A DNA stretch of 64,000 nt. It comes from Pseudomonadota bacterium (lineage in GTDB: Bacteria; Pseudomonadota; Gammaproteobacteria; UBA9214). Location of the stretch: the NCBI GenBank assembly GCA_039714155.1, contig JBDLJX010000002.1, positions 1,286-65,285 on the forward strand, given 5' to 3'. Every line of letters starts with the position of its first letter. Position 1 is the stretch's first letter. Positions 18,387 through 27,505 of this stretch are shown here, in pieces. Below the pieces are notes generated by a model that searched no databases, was not told where the DNA came from, and was given only the letters and a program-made list of their open reading frames with translations. The translations under genes and the position numbers were made by a program.

Positions 18387-19094
18387 TTAACTATCCAGCA
18401 GTGGCCGCAGCCAGCGCAAATACAGTGCATCTGCTACCTGTTGCAGTTCTGGTACACGGACATTCAGTCCTGATATCATCTCGGCCGCACTTTGCACACT
18501 TGCCGACGGCTGCCTGAGTTCATCTTCATATAATGCCGCCCACTCGCTGACCATCGCTGCGGTCATTTCCACATGGCATTGCACGGCGAGGATGTTGCCC
18601 ACGGCAAATCCCTGGTGGGGACACCAGTCATTTTCGAGGATGACCTCGGCACCATCAGGAATGGAAAAGGTTTCGCCGTGCCAGTGAAACAGGGTTGCTT
18701 CATCCGCTACGTCTGCCAGCCATTCTGTTGCCGTGGCAGTCCGGGACTTGCGAACCGGGTGCCAGCCGATTTCCTTCACCGGGTTGGCGCTGATTTCGCC
18801 GCCAAGTGCCTTGCTGATGAGTTGTCCACCAAGGCAGTGCCCGAGTACGGGTAACCGGCGTTCGGCACCTTCACGAATCAGGTCAAGTTCCTGTGCGATC
18901 CACGGCAGTGGGTCGTTAACGCTCATCGGGCCACCCATGAGGACCAGTCCGGAACAGTCCTGCGTATCCGTGGGTAGTGCCTCGTCCCGGTCGATGGCAA
19001 TCAGGCGGACAGGGATATCGTATCGTGCCAGTACCTCGGCAAGATAGCCCGGGCCTTCGCATTCGATGTGGCGAAATATATACAGAGGTTTCAT
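18387..19094 (-). CDS. class I glutamine amidotransferase-like protein
   Basis: 235 aa. LVLMGGPMSVND and the nucleophile elbow GHCLGGQ, with a downstream His, indicate a GATase1 fold. Confidence 0.75.
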   Translation of the reverse strand: MKPLYIFRHIECEGPGYLAEVLARYDIPVRLIAIDRDEALPTDTQDCSGLVLMGGPMSVNDPLPWIAQELDLIREGAERRLPVLGHCLGGQLISKALGGEISANPVKEIGWHPVRKSRTATATEWLADVADEATLFHWHGETFSIPDGAEVILENDWCPHQGFAVGNILAVQCHVEMTAAMVSEWAALYEDELRQPSASVQSAAEMISGLNVRVPELQQVADALYLRWLRPLLDS

Positions 19095-19135
19095 AATGGG
19101 CTGCAGTCCTTATCAGAGCGCTATACCTTCAGTCG

Positions 19136-19789
19136 ATGCCATTATCCAGAATTATCGCCATGGTCACAGTGCTATGCCTGCTTATGGCCGGTATTACTTT
19201 GGCAGCACCGGATGTCAGGGTGGTTGGCCTGTTCAAGGGCCGTGCCGTGGTCACAATCGATGGCAAGCAACGCATCCTGCGGGTCGGTCAGACCAGTCCG
19301 GAAGGTGTGAAGCTGGTGTCCGCGGACAGTGATTCTGCCGTACTCGCCGTGGACGGCCGGGAAATCAGGGCAACGCTGGACGGGCGTGTCAGTGCGCGCA
19401 AGAAGTCACCGGTTAAAACCGAGGTCCAGATCCGTCGCAACAACACGGGCATGTATACCACGGTGGGCAGTATTAATGGCCTGCCTGTCAGTTTCCTGGT
19501 CGATACCGGCGCCACCCAGATTGCCATGAATGCAGCGCACGCGCGCAGGCTCGGTGTCGATCACCGGGTTGTCGGTGAGCCAACAGCGGTAACAACTGCA
19601 TCCAGGGTTGAGCGTGCCTGGCTGGTCAATCTCGACACGGTCAAGGTCGGCGAGATCGAGTTGCGCAATGTGGCTGCCGTGGTGCTGGAGGGTCGCCAAC
19701 CCGATACCATCCTGCTGGGGATGTCCTATCTTGGCAGGCTGGAAATCAGGAATGAAGGCCAGCTGCTGACGCTACGGAAGAAATACTGA
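19136..19789 (+). CDS. retropepsin-like (clan AA) aspartic protease, secreted/membrane anchored
   Basis: N-terminal hydrophobic anchor. Aspartic protease motif VDTGATQIAMN, with the C-terminus typical of the TIGR02281 family. The start may be the internal Met at 19160. Confidence 0.7.
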   Translation: MPLSRIIAMVTVLCLLMAGITLAAPDVRVVGLFKGRAVVTIDGKQRILRVGQTSPEGVKLVSADSDSAVLAVDGREIRATLDGRVSARKKSPVKTEVQIRRNNTGMYTTVGSINGLPVSFLVDTGATQIAMNAAHARRLGVDHRVVGEPTAVTTASRVERAWLVNLDTVKVGEIELRNVAAVVLEGRQPDTILLGMSYLGRLEIRNEGQLLTLRKKY

Positions 19790-19823
19790 ATGGGCTAGCC
19801 CGGGAACGGACAGGCACCTCGGC

Positions 19824-20642
19824 TCAGTCGTCCTGTTTTACGTGCTCGATCATGGCATAGGCCGAGTGATTGTGAATGGATTCGAAATTTTCCGATTCCA
19901 CAACGTAGGCGGCAATACGGTCGTCTTCATTCAGGCGTGTTGCAATATCACGTACCATGTCTTCTACAAATTTCGGATTGTCGTAGGCCTTTTCGGTGAC
20001 ATACTTTTCGTCAGGCCGTTTCAGCAGGCCATAGAGTTCACAGGAGGCCTGCTCCTCGATCAGGTCAATCAGGTCCTCGATCCAGACAAAACCGCGCGTC
20101 TCTGCGCTGACCGTGACATGGGAGCGCTGGTTGTGTGCGCCGTAATCGGAAATTTTCTTCGAGCACGGACATAGCGAGGTTACCGGCACCACCACCTTGA
20201 TGTTCATCTTCGGTTTGCCGTCGATAATCTCGCCGATCAGGCCCACCTCGTAGTCCATCAGACTTTCCACACCGGAAATCGGTGCAGCCTTGTTGATGAA
20301 GTAATGAAAGCCCATCTCGATATGACCGGAGTCTGCCTCGAGGCGTTTGGTCATCTCGTGCAGCATTTCCTTGAAGGAGTCGACCGTGATTTCACGCTCG
20401 TGCAGATTGAGAATCTCTACAAAGCGTGACATGTGCGTGCCCTTGAAGTTGTGCGGCAGGTTCACGTACATGTTGAAGGTGGCTATGGTGTGCTGTTCGC
20501 CTTCGGAGCGGTCCTTGACACGGACGGGGTGGCGAATGTCCTTGATGCCAACCTTGTCGATCGGGATCTGGCGGGTGTCCGCGCTGCTTTGTATATCAGC
20601 GATGGCGTCGTTTGCGGTATTGGCCAGTTCGGTGGATTTCAT
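19824..20642 (-). CDS. folE2: GTP cyclohydrolase I type 2 (FolE2/MptA family)
   Basis: 272 aa. Conserved [10 protein letters not shown] and HNQRSHVT motifs of the DUF198/FolE2 family. Confidence 0.85.
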   Translation of the reverse strand: MKSTELANTANDAIADIQSSADTRQIPIDKVGIKDIRHPVRVKDRSEGEQHTIATFNMYVNLPHNFKGTHMSRFVEILNLHEREITVDSFKEMLHEMTKRLEADSGHIEMGFHYFINKAAPISGVESLMDYEVGLIGEIIDGKPKMNIKVVVPVTSLCPCSKKISDYGAHNQRSHVTVSAETRGFVWIEDLIDLIEEQASCELYGLLKRPDEKYVTEKAYDNPKFVEDMVRDIATRLNEDDRIAAYVVESENFESIHNHSAYAMIEHVKQDD

Positions 20643-20898
20643 TGGCTGTAGTCCGGATTGGTGTGGTGTAACGGATGGTTGGAGCGCATCTGTCAGGTGT
20701 CAATATTTTTACACCGCATCGAGTAGCGCGCAAGGTTACCGGTGAGTTACTGCCAGGGGAACATGCAATTGCAGGTATTCCCGTGAAAAGCACCGGTATT
20801 GTTGCCGGAATCAACTCGCGATATTCCTGAGCAAGTAACTCGGATATTACCCTGATTACCGGCCTGTTTCAATTGGGAAAGTTCAGGGAAGGATAGAT

Positions 20899-21807
20899 TT
20901 ATCTATCTCTTTCAATGATATACAGGGAGATGTGGCGCAGGGGATCGGCCGTCTCGGCAAATATACTGAGGCTCTCCATGGCATCCTCGTGCAACTCGGT
21001 GGCCCGCTGCCGGGAGGCATTCATGCCGATCAGCGCCGGGTAGGTGGATTTCTCCTGCAACTGGTCGGCACCGCTGCGTTTGCCCAGTGTATCGGTCTCG
21101 CCTTCGACATCGAGGATGTCATCACGAATCTGGAAGGCCAGTCCGATGCACTTGGCGTAGTGGTCCAGGCGATCCAGCGTCGATGGCTCCAGGTCTTCTA
21201 CGGTAAGTGCACCGAGCACCACACTGGCACGAATCAGTGCACCGGTCTTGTGGATATGCATGTCTTCCAGTTCGGCAATTTCCAGCTGCCGGCCAGCTGC
21301 CTCCAGATCGATGGTCTGGCCACCAGCCATGCCACGCGAACCAGCCGCCAGTGCCAGGGTCTCGACCATGCGCTGGCGGGTCGGGTTGGCAGACAGGTGG
21401 TTGTCGTGAGCCAGCACGTAAAATGCCAGAGATTGCAGGGCATCCCCTGCCAGGATTGCGTTGGCCTCGCCGAAGGCCTTGTGACAGCTGGGCTTGCCGC
21501 GGCGCAGGTCATCATCGTCCATGGACGGCAGGTCGTCGTGAATCAGTGAATAGGTGTGCATCAGTTCGATGGCGCAGGCCGGGCCATCCAGGACCTTCCA
21601 TGCAGTGCCAACGGCCTGACCGCTGGCATACACCAGGGTTGGCCGGATGCGTTTGCCGCCATCGAACACGGCATAACGCATGGCGTCATGCAGGCTGGCG
21701 GGATGCGTGCCGGCAGGTGGCAGCCAGTGGTACAAGGCAGATTCCAGGCGTGCCTGGCAGTCTGCCATGAAGGATCGCAGGGCAGGGTCAGCTGGTTTCA
21801 CTGTCAA
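20899..21807 (-). CDS. ispA: (2E,6E)-farnesyl diphosphate synthase
   Basis: FARM (LIHDDLPSMDDDDLRRG) and SARM (FQIRDDILD) motifs. It overlaps xseB as in the canonical xseB-ispA arrangement. Confidence 0.9.
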   Translation of the reverse strand: MTVKPADPALRSFMADCQARLESALYHWLPPAGTHPASLHDAMRYAVFDGGKRIRPTLVYASGQAVGTAWKVLDGPACAIELMHTYSLIHDDLPSMDDDDLRRGKPSCHKAFGEANAILAGDALQSLAFYVLAHDNHLSANPTRQRMVETLALAAGSRGMAGGQTIDLEAAGRQLEIAELEDMHIHKTGALIRASVVLGALTVEDLEPSTLDRLDHYAKCIGLAFQIRDDILDVEGETDTLGKRSGADQLQEKSTYPALIGMNASRQRATELHEDAMESLSIFAETADPLRHISLYIIERDR

Positions 21808-22030
21808 AGGGTACGATGTCTTCCTGGCCGTTTTTCTTCAGCAGCATCTCAACTTTCTGTTCAGCGTCCTTGAGCGCCTGCTGGCAACTGCGGGTCAGCT
21901 GGATACCGCGTTCAAAATGCTGCAGGGATTCCTCCAGACTCAGATCGCCCTGTTCCATTTTCTCAACCAGGGCCTCAAGTTCCTTGAGGGATGCTTCAAA
22001 CGGGGGAGTTTTATCAGTTTTTTTCGCCAT
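21788..22030 (-). CDS. xseB: exodeoxyribonuclease VII small subunit
   Basis: 80 aa. FEASLKELEALVEKMEQGDLSLEESLQHFERGIQL matches the XseB consensus. Confidence 0.85.
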   Translation of the reverse strand: MAKKTDKTPPFEASLKELEALVEKMEQGDLSLEESLQHFERGIQLTRSCQQALKDAEQKVEMLLKKNGQEDIVPFDSETS

Positions 22031-22120
22031 GGCTTGAATCTTTGCTGTAATCCGCTTACGTTACCCCAGCGTAGCGCCAAGGGCAATTTGATCGCTACCG
22101 GAAAGACTGAATAACAGGGC

Positions 22121-22150
22121 TTGACAGTGCCGGTACTGAAGTCTAATGTT
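22121..22150 (+). promoter_or_regulatory. candidate sigma70 promoter for the rubrerythrin gene
   Basis: TTGACA at 22121-22126, then TCTAAT/CTAATG 15-16 nt downstream. Imperfect dyad TTATTAGACacgGTCTAAgTTATTA and direct repeats TTGATATA x2 lie between it and the ATG. Confidence 0.35.
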
Positions 22151-22236
22151 CCTTATTAGACACGGTCTAAGTTATTAGGGGCTGGGGTCCGGATTGATAT
22201 ACAAGTTGATATATATGACACCATGAGGATTGAATT

Positions 22237-22656
22237 ATGGATTTAAAAGGTAGTTCCACAGAGCAAAACCTGAAAGATGCATTTTCCGGTGAGTCCCAGG
22301 CAAATCGCCGTTACCTGTATTTTGCATCCAAGGCTGATGTTGAAGGCTATAACGATGTCGCCGCGGTATTTCGCTCAACCGCAGAAGGCGAAACCGGCCA
22401 CGCCCATGGACACCTTGAATACCTCGAGGAGGTTGGCGACCCGGCGACCGGCCTGCCAATCGGTGGCACCGGCGACAACCTGAAGGCCGCCATTGCCGGT
22501 GAAACCCACGAATACACCGATATGTATCCGGGCATGGCGAAGTCTGCCCGTGACGAGGGTTTTGACGAAATCGCCGACTGGTTTGAAACGCTGGCGAAGG
22601 CCGAGCGGTCGCATGCCAACCGGTTTCAGAAAGCACTGGACGCACTGGATGACTGA
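22237..22656 (+). CDS. rubrerythrin-family ferritin-like diiron protein (no rubredoxin domain)
   Basis: 139 aa. Two ExxH diiron motifs ([14 protein letters not shown]; ETHEYTDMY...[10 protein letters not shown]) are typical of the short rubrerythrin/erythrin family. Confidence 0.85.
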   Translation: MDLKGSSTEQNLKDAFSGESQANRRYLYFASKADVEGYNDVAAVFRSTAEGETGHAHGHLEYLEEVGDPATGLPIGGTGDNLKAAIAGETHEYTDMYPGMAKSARDEGFDEIADWFETLAKAERSHANRFQKALDALDD

Positions 22657-22680
22657 GCCATCGTCTTTCGGTCATGATCG

Positions 22681-22701
22681 GGGGCCGGCCTTGCCGGCCC
22701 C
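22681..22701 (+). promoter_or_regulatory. GC-rich hairpin between the rubrerythrin stop and the Fe-S gene start (possible attenuator / processing site)
   Basis: GGGGCCGGC-ctt-GCCGGCCCC is a perfect 9-bp stem. No U-tract follows. Confidence 0.3.
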
Positions 22702-22736
22702 TTCCTGCTCAGGGGTTAGCCGGTAGGGAATTCACC

Positions 22737-24083
22737 ATGGCATCTATAACTGAAGGTAGTCGCGAAGGCAGTCTGGAAGCGCCGACCCGGTATCCGATTG
22801 ACTGGACCAGTGAGTGTTTCTACGACGAAGAGGATTTATATAAGGAACTCGAGCGGGTCTATGGCATTTGTCATGGTTGCCGCCGTTGCTTCAACCTTTG
22901 TAATGCCTTTCCGACACTATTCGATGCCATTGACGAGTCTGGCACCATGGAGCTCGATGGTGTTGCGCGTGAGGTCTACTGGGATGTTGTCGATCATTGT
23001 TACCTGTGTGACATGTGCTACATGACCAAGTGCCCGTATGTACCGCCGCACGAATGGAACGTCGATTTCCCGCACCTGATGCTGCGTTCCAAGGCAGTGA
23101 AGTTCAAACAGGGCAAGACCCGTCCACGCGACAAGCTGCTGACCTCGACCGACACCGTTGGCAAGCTGGCCGGCATCCCGATCATTACCCGGGCCGTCAA
23201 TGCCACCAACAAGTCTGCCACCGGACGCAAGCTGGTGGAGAAGCTGCTCTCGGTTGACCCGGATGCGGTGCTGCCGGAATACCATTCAAAAACCTTGCGC
23301 AAGCGCGTGGGCAAATTGAAGAGCCGGGATACCGGTGGCGTGGCGGCCGGTCCGACACAGGGCAGGGTGGCGCTGTTTGCGACCTGTTACTGCAACTACA
23401 ATGAGCCGCGTATCGGCAAGGACCTGGTTGCCGTGTATGAGCACAACAATATCCCGGTCACCATTGCACCGAAGGAACAGTGCTGCGGTATGCCGAAACT
23501 CGAACTGGGTGACCTGGAAGCCGTGCGCAAGGCGAAAGCAGTGAATATCCCGGCGCTGGTGAAACTGATTGATGCCGGCTGGGACATCGTTGCGCCGGTG
23601 CCGTCCTGTGTGCTGATGTTCAAGCAGGAACTGCCATTGATGTTCCCGGATGATGCGGATGTCATCAAGGTGCGGGATGCAATCTACGATCCGTTTGAGT
23701 ACCTGATGCTGCGCCACAAGTACGACAAGCTGAATACCGATTTCAGGACGCCTCTTGGCAAGATTTCCTATCATGTTGCCTGTCACCTGCGGGTGCAGAA
23801 TATCGGCATGAAGACGCGTGACCTGCTGCAGCTGGTGCCGGATACCCAAGTGGAAGCGATCGAGCGCTGTTCCGGTCATGATGGTACCTACGCGGTCAAG
23901 AGCGAGTGCCACGATATTTCCATGAAGATCTGCCGGCCGGTGGCCAACCGGATAGCCAGGGCCGAGGCCGATCATTACAGCAGTGATTGCCCGATGGCCG
24001 GACACCAGATCGAAAACTGCCTGAAGAATGGCAGCAAGCCGGAACATCCACTGTCGCTGCTGCGCATGGCGTACGGGATTTAG
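22737..24083 (+). CDS. (Fe-S)-binding protein with two 4Fe-4S ferredoxin motifs and two CCG domains (HdrD/GlpC/LutA-like)
   Basis: CHGCRRCFNLCNAFP and CYLCDMCYMTKCPYVPP cluster motifs, then Cys-rich CCG-type regions (CYCNYNEP...CCGMP; PSCVLMF...). The start was chosen at MASITEG, which has an RBS. The ORF is open from 22674. Confidence 0.75.
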   Translation: MASITEGSREGSLEAPTRYPIDWTSECFYDEEDLYKELERVYGICHGCRRCFNLCNAFPTLFDAIDESGTMELDGVAREVYWDVVDHCYLCDMCYMTKCPYVPPHEWNVDFPHLMLRSKAVKFKQGKTRPRDKLLTSTDTVGKLAGIPIITRAVNATNKSATGRKLVEKLLSVDPDAVLPEYHSKTLRKRVGKLKSRDTGGVAAGPTQGRVALFATCYCNYNEPRIGKDLVAVYEHNNIPVTIAPKEQCCGMPKLELGDLEAVRKAKAVNIPALVKLIDAGWDIVAPVPSCVLMFKQELPLMFPDDADVIKVRDAIYDPFEYLMLRHKYDKLNTDFRTPLGKISYHVACHLRVQNIGMKTRDLLQLVPDTQVEAIERCSGHDGTYAVKSECHDISMKICRPVANRIARAEADHYSSDCPMAGHQIENCLKNGSKPEHPLSLLRMAYGI

Positions 24084-24097
24084 GTGTTTACCAAAGT

Positions 24098-24226
24098 GTA
24101 CATAAGTTAGCCGGCATAACCTTACGGGACACGCTGCAAATACATCCTTGTACGCTCAATGGCCGCGTCCATGCGGCCAATGGTCCCGAAAGCTTATGCC
24201 GGCTAACTTATATACTTATTAAGTAT
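24098..24226. repeat. long imperfect inverted repeat (large stem-loop) plus a 15-bp palindrome in the Fe-S / DUF3501 intergenic region
   Basis: Arms ATAAGTTAGCCGGCATAA (24102-24119) and TTATGCCGGCTAACTTAT (24194-24211) are perfectly complementary and extend to ~22 bp with one mismatch. Inner stems are CGGGAC/GTCCCG and GGCCGC-gtccat-GCGGCC. Downstream palindrome ATACTTAtTAAGTAT (24211-24226). Confidence 0.5.
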
Positions 24227-24259
24227 CACTGCAGAGGCACAGGCAAGAAGGTATTGACG

Positions 24260-24844
24260 ATGGAAAAACTTACCCGCAATGATCTCTACAGCCTCGAGCA
24301 ATATGCCGGGGCGCGCCAGGATTTCCGTGCCAGCGTTATGGCGCACAAGAAAAACCGCAAAATACATATCGGCCCGTCGGCGACGGTGTACTTTGAAGAT
24401 CGTCAGACAGTCCAGTACCAGGTACAGGAAATGCTGCGCATCGAACGCATCTTCGAAGCTGCGGGTATCGAGGAAGAGCTGGCGGCTTACAATCCACTGA
24501 TCCCGGATGGCAGCAACTGGAAGGCCACCTTCATGATTGAGGAGCCGGACGTGGAGAAACGTCGCGAACTGCTTGCCGGGATGACTGGCATCGAAGACCG
24601 GGTCTGGGCCAGGGTTGATGGTCAAGAGCCGGTCTATGCTATCGCTGATGAAGACCTGGAACGTGCTACGGAAGAGAAGACCTCGTCAGTACATTTTCTG
24701 CGGTTTGAACTGACAGCAGACATGGTTGAGGCGCTAAAGGGCGGTGCATCACTGTCAACGGGTATCGATCACAATCACTATAACTACCAGGTCGAGCCGG
24801 TGGCTGAAAATATCCGCATGGCACTGGTGGCCGATCTCGCCTGA
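24260..24844 (+). CDS. DUF3501-family protein
   Basis: 194 aa from MEKLTRNDLYSLEQYAGARQDFR... with NPLIPDGSNWKATFMIE and VHFLRFEL. The size, motifs and adjacency to a CCG Fe-S protein fit DUF3501. The ORF is open from 23987, but the upstream part overlaps the hairpin element. Confidence 0.65.
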   Translation: MEKLTRNDLYSLEQYAGARQDFRASVMAHKKNRKIHIGPSATVYFEDRQTVQYQVQEMLRIERIFEAAGIEEELAAYNPLIPDGSNWKATFMIEEPDVEKRRELLAGMTGIEDRVWARVDGQEPVYAIADEDLERATEEKTSSVHFLRFELTADMVEALKGGASLSTGIDHNHYNYQVEPVAENIRMALVADLA

Positions 24845-24925
24845 CAGGATGCGGCGTCGTATCAAAATCACGGACTTGCAGCAATACTCGAAATACGGGC
24901 GGCGTGGCGCTAAACTGCGCTCCCC

Positions 24926-25483
24926 ATGAGCACGTATCTGCCTGCAAGGTCACTACGCCGGGTTCTTGTATTGTTGCTGGTCGCAGCGCTGCAGCCGGCA
25001 AATGCAGTACAGGAAGATGAGGAGGCCGGCTGGACGCCGGAGCACATGCCGCCCGCATCGCCGTGGCGCGAACAGTCATTCGAATTACCACCGTACCCGG
25101 AAGACGGCCGCCTGATCGAGATCTCGGTCCAGACCGGGAATTTCCCTTTCCGCGTGTTTGTCGATCCTGAGTCGCTAACGATAGCCGGGGATGGCGTGGT
25201 GCGCCTTGCCACGGTTATCCGTTCCACAGCCGGTGCGGAAAATATCTCGTTTGAAGGTATCCGCTGCAAGACACGTGAGTTCCGGCGCTATGCCTACGGC
25301 GCCAGGGACAGCTGGCAGGTACTGGAGGGTACCAATTGGCAACAAATAAAGTCAGGCGGGATGGGGCATTATCGCTTCGTACTGTATCGTGATTATGTGT
25401 GTGATCCGGAAATTTCGGGATTGAAGGTAAATGAAATGATCCAGCGGATGCGTTACTCACGGGGGGCGGTACTGGATGAATGA
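24926..25483 (+). CDS. CNP1-like family secreted protein
   Basis: Signal peptide, then FELPPYPEDGRLIEI...VRLATVIRSTAGAENISFEGIRCKTREFRRYAYGARDSW, reminiscent of CNP1-like lipoproteins. Confidence 0.5.
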   Translation: MSTYLPARSLRRVLVLLLVAALQPANAVQEDEEAGWTPEHMPPASPWREQSFELPPYPEDGRLIEISVQTGNFPFRVFVDPESLTIAGDGVVRLATVIRSTAGAENISFEGIRCKTREFRRYAYGARDSWQVLEGTNWQQIKSGGMGHYRFVLYRDYVCDPEISGLKVNEMIQRMRYSRGAVLDE

Positions 25484-25516
25484 CAGTCCCGATTTCCAGA
25501 CAGGTATTGCTACGAC

Positions 25517-27403
25517 ATGAGTGCGGTCTACGACGCGGCGGCGATCGAGATACTCAGTGGCCTGGAGCCGGTGCGCAAGCGCCCCGGCATGTACACCGAT
25601 ACCAGCCGCCCCAACCACCTGGCGCAGGAAGTCATCGACAACAGCGTTGACGAGGCCATTGCCGGTCATGCCTCGCGCATCGACGTTACCCTCTATAAGG
25701 ATGGTTCGCTGGAAGTGCGCGATAACGGTCGTGGCATGCCGGTAGATCTTCACCCGGCTGAAGGAATTCCGGGCGTCGAGGTCATCCTGACGCGTTTGCA
25801 TGCCGGTGGTAAATTTTCAGCAAAGAACTATGCCTTCGCCGGTGGTCTGCACGGTGTCGGTGTTTCGGTCGTCAATGCACTGTCAAAACACCTCGAGGTG
25901 TGGGTGCGTCGTGGTGGCAAGGAATACAATATGGCCTTTTCTTCCGGTGACACGGTGTCAGCGCTGGAGGAGACCGGCAAGATCGGCAAGCAGAATACCG
26001 GCACCACCCTGCGGTTCTGGCCGGACCCGAAATATTTTGACTCGGCGAAATTCTCCCTGCCGCGTTTGCAGCATGTGCTGCGCGCCAAGGCGGTGCTGTG
26101 TCCGGGGTTGCACGTCCGCCTGAAGGTCGAGGCCACTGGCGAGAAGTCCGAGTGGTATTACGAAGACGGTTTGACGGATTACCTCACGGGCGCTATTGGT
26201 GAGGCCGTGCGCCTGCCGGCAGAAGCATTTGTCGGCGACATGGAAGGCAATGCCGAGGCCGCTGCCTGGGCGCTGGTGTGGTTGCCGGAGGGCGGTGAAC
26301 CGGTCGGCGAGAGTTACGTCAACCTGATTCCCACCACGCAGGGCGGGACCCATGTGAATGGCCTGCGTATGGGGCTGACCGAGGCAATTCGCGAGTTCTG
26401 CGAATTGCGTAACCTGTTGCCGCGCGGTGTGAAGCTGGCACCCGAGGATATCTGGGAACAGTGCAGTTATATCCTCTCCGTGAAATTGCAGGACCCGCAG
26501 TTCAGTGGCCAGACCAAGGAACGCTTGTCATCGCGCGAGTGTGCGGCATTTGTCTCGGGCGTGGTCAAGGACGCCTTTGGCTTGTGGTTGAACCACCACA
26601 TTGACACCGGTGAGAAGATCGCCTGGCTGGCTATCGGAAATGCCCAGAAACGCCAGCGTGCCGGCAAGAAAGTGGTGCGCAAAAAGCTCACCAGTGGGCC
26701 GGCATTGCCCGGCAAGCTGGCCGATTGCGCTTCCAGTGATACCGAACGTACCGAGTTGTTCCTGGTCGAGGGTGATTCCGCCGGCGGTTCTGCCAAACAG
26801 GCACGCAACCGCGAGTTCCAGGCCATCATGCCGCTGCGTGGCAAGATTCTGAATACCTGGGAAGTCGATCCGGCCGAGGTGCTGGCTTCACAGGAAGTCC
26901 ATGATATTTCCGTTGCCATCGGTGTCGATCCCGGTGTCAACAACCTCAATAACCTGCGTTACAGCAAGATCTGCATCCTTGCCGATGCCGACTCCGATGG
27001 TGCGCACATCGCGACCCTGCTATGCGCCTTGTTCCTGCGTCATTTCCATTCACTGGTCGGGACCGGGCATGTGTATGTCGCCATGCCGCCGCTGTACCGC
27101 ATCGATGTCGGCAAGGAAGTATTCTATGCCCTTGACGATGCAGAGAAGCAGGGCGTGCTAGACCGGATTGCTGCCGAAAAGCTGAAGGGCAAGGTGATCG
27201 TGCAACGTTTCAAGGGGCTGGGTGAAATGAACCCGTTGCAGTTACGCGAAACAACGATCGCCCCCGAGACCCGCCGGCTGGTGCAGCTGACCCTGGATAC
27301 GAAGGATGATACGCACAAGATCATGGACATGTTGCTGGCCCGCAAGCGTTCATCGGATCGACGGTCATGGCTGGAAAAGATGGGCGACATGGCAGTGACA
27401 TAA
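25517..27403 (+). CDS. parE: DNA topoisomerase IV subunit B
   Basis: 628 aa with GHKL ATPase, TOPRIM (LFLVEGDSAGGSAKQARNREFQAIMPLRGKILN) and C-terminal motifs. Adjacent to parC. Confidence 0.95.
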   Translation: MSAVYDAAAIEILSGLEPVRKRPGMYTDTSRPNHLAQEVIDNSVDEAIAGHASRIDVTLYKDGSLEVRDNGRGMPVDLHPAEGIPGVEVILTRLHAGGKFSAKNYAFAGGLHGVGVSVVNALSKHLEVWVRRGGKEYNMAFSSGDTVSALEETGKIGKQNTGTTLRFWPDPKYFDSAKFSLPRLQHVLRAKAVLCPGLHVRLKVEATGEKSEWYYEDGLTDYLTGAIGEAVRLPAEAFVGDMEGNAEAAAWALVWLPEGGEPVGESYVNLIPTTQGGTHVNGLRMGLTEAIREFCELRNLLPRGVKLAPEDIWEQCSYILSVKLQDPQFSGQTKERLSSRECAAFVSGVVKDAFGLWLNHHIDTGEKIAWLAIGNAQKRQRAGKKVVRKKLTSGPALPGKLADCASSDTERTELFLVEGDSAGGSAKQARNREFQAIMPLRGKILNTWEVDPAEVLASQEVHDISVAIGVDPGVNNLNNLRYSKICILADADSDGAHIATLLCALFLRHFHSLVGTGHVYVAMPPLYRIDVGKEVFYALDDAEKQGVLDRIAAEKLKGKVIVQRFKGLGEMNPLQLRETTIAPETRRLVQLTLDTKDDTHKIMDMLLARKRSSDRRSWLEKMGDMAVT

Positions 27404-27505
27404 AACAGTAGCCCGGATGGAGTGTAACGAAATACGGGCTAATCATGTGTTTATTCCCCGGATTACGCTGCGTTCCAACCGGGCTACAAAGTCAGGCTAT
27501 TCCTT

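Noticed and set aside
20643-20898. Looked for a Zur box upstream of folE2 (FolE2 is often the zinc-independent, Zur-regulated paralogue)
   Set aside because: No GTAATGTTATAACATTAC-like palindrome was visible in the 256-bp region. A Zur site cannot be claimed from the sequence.
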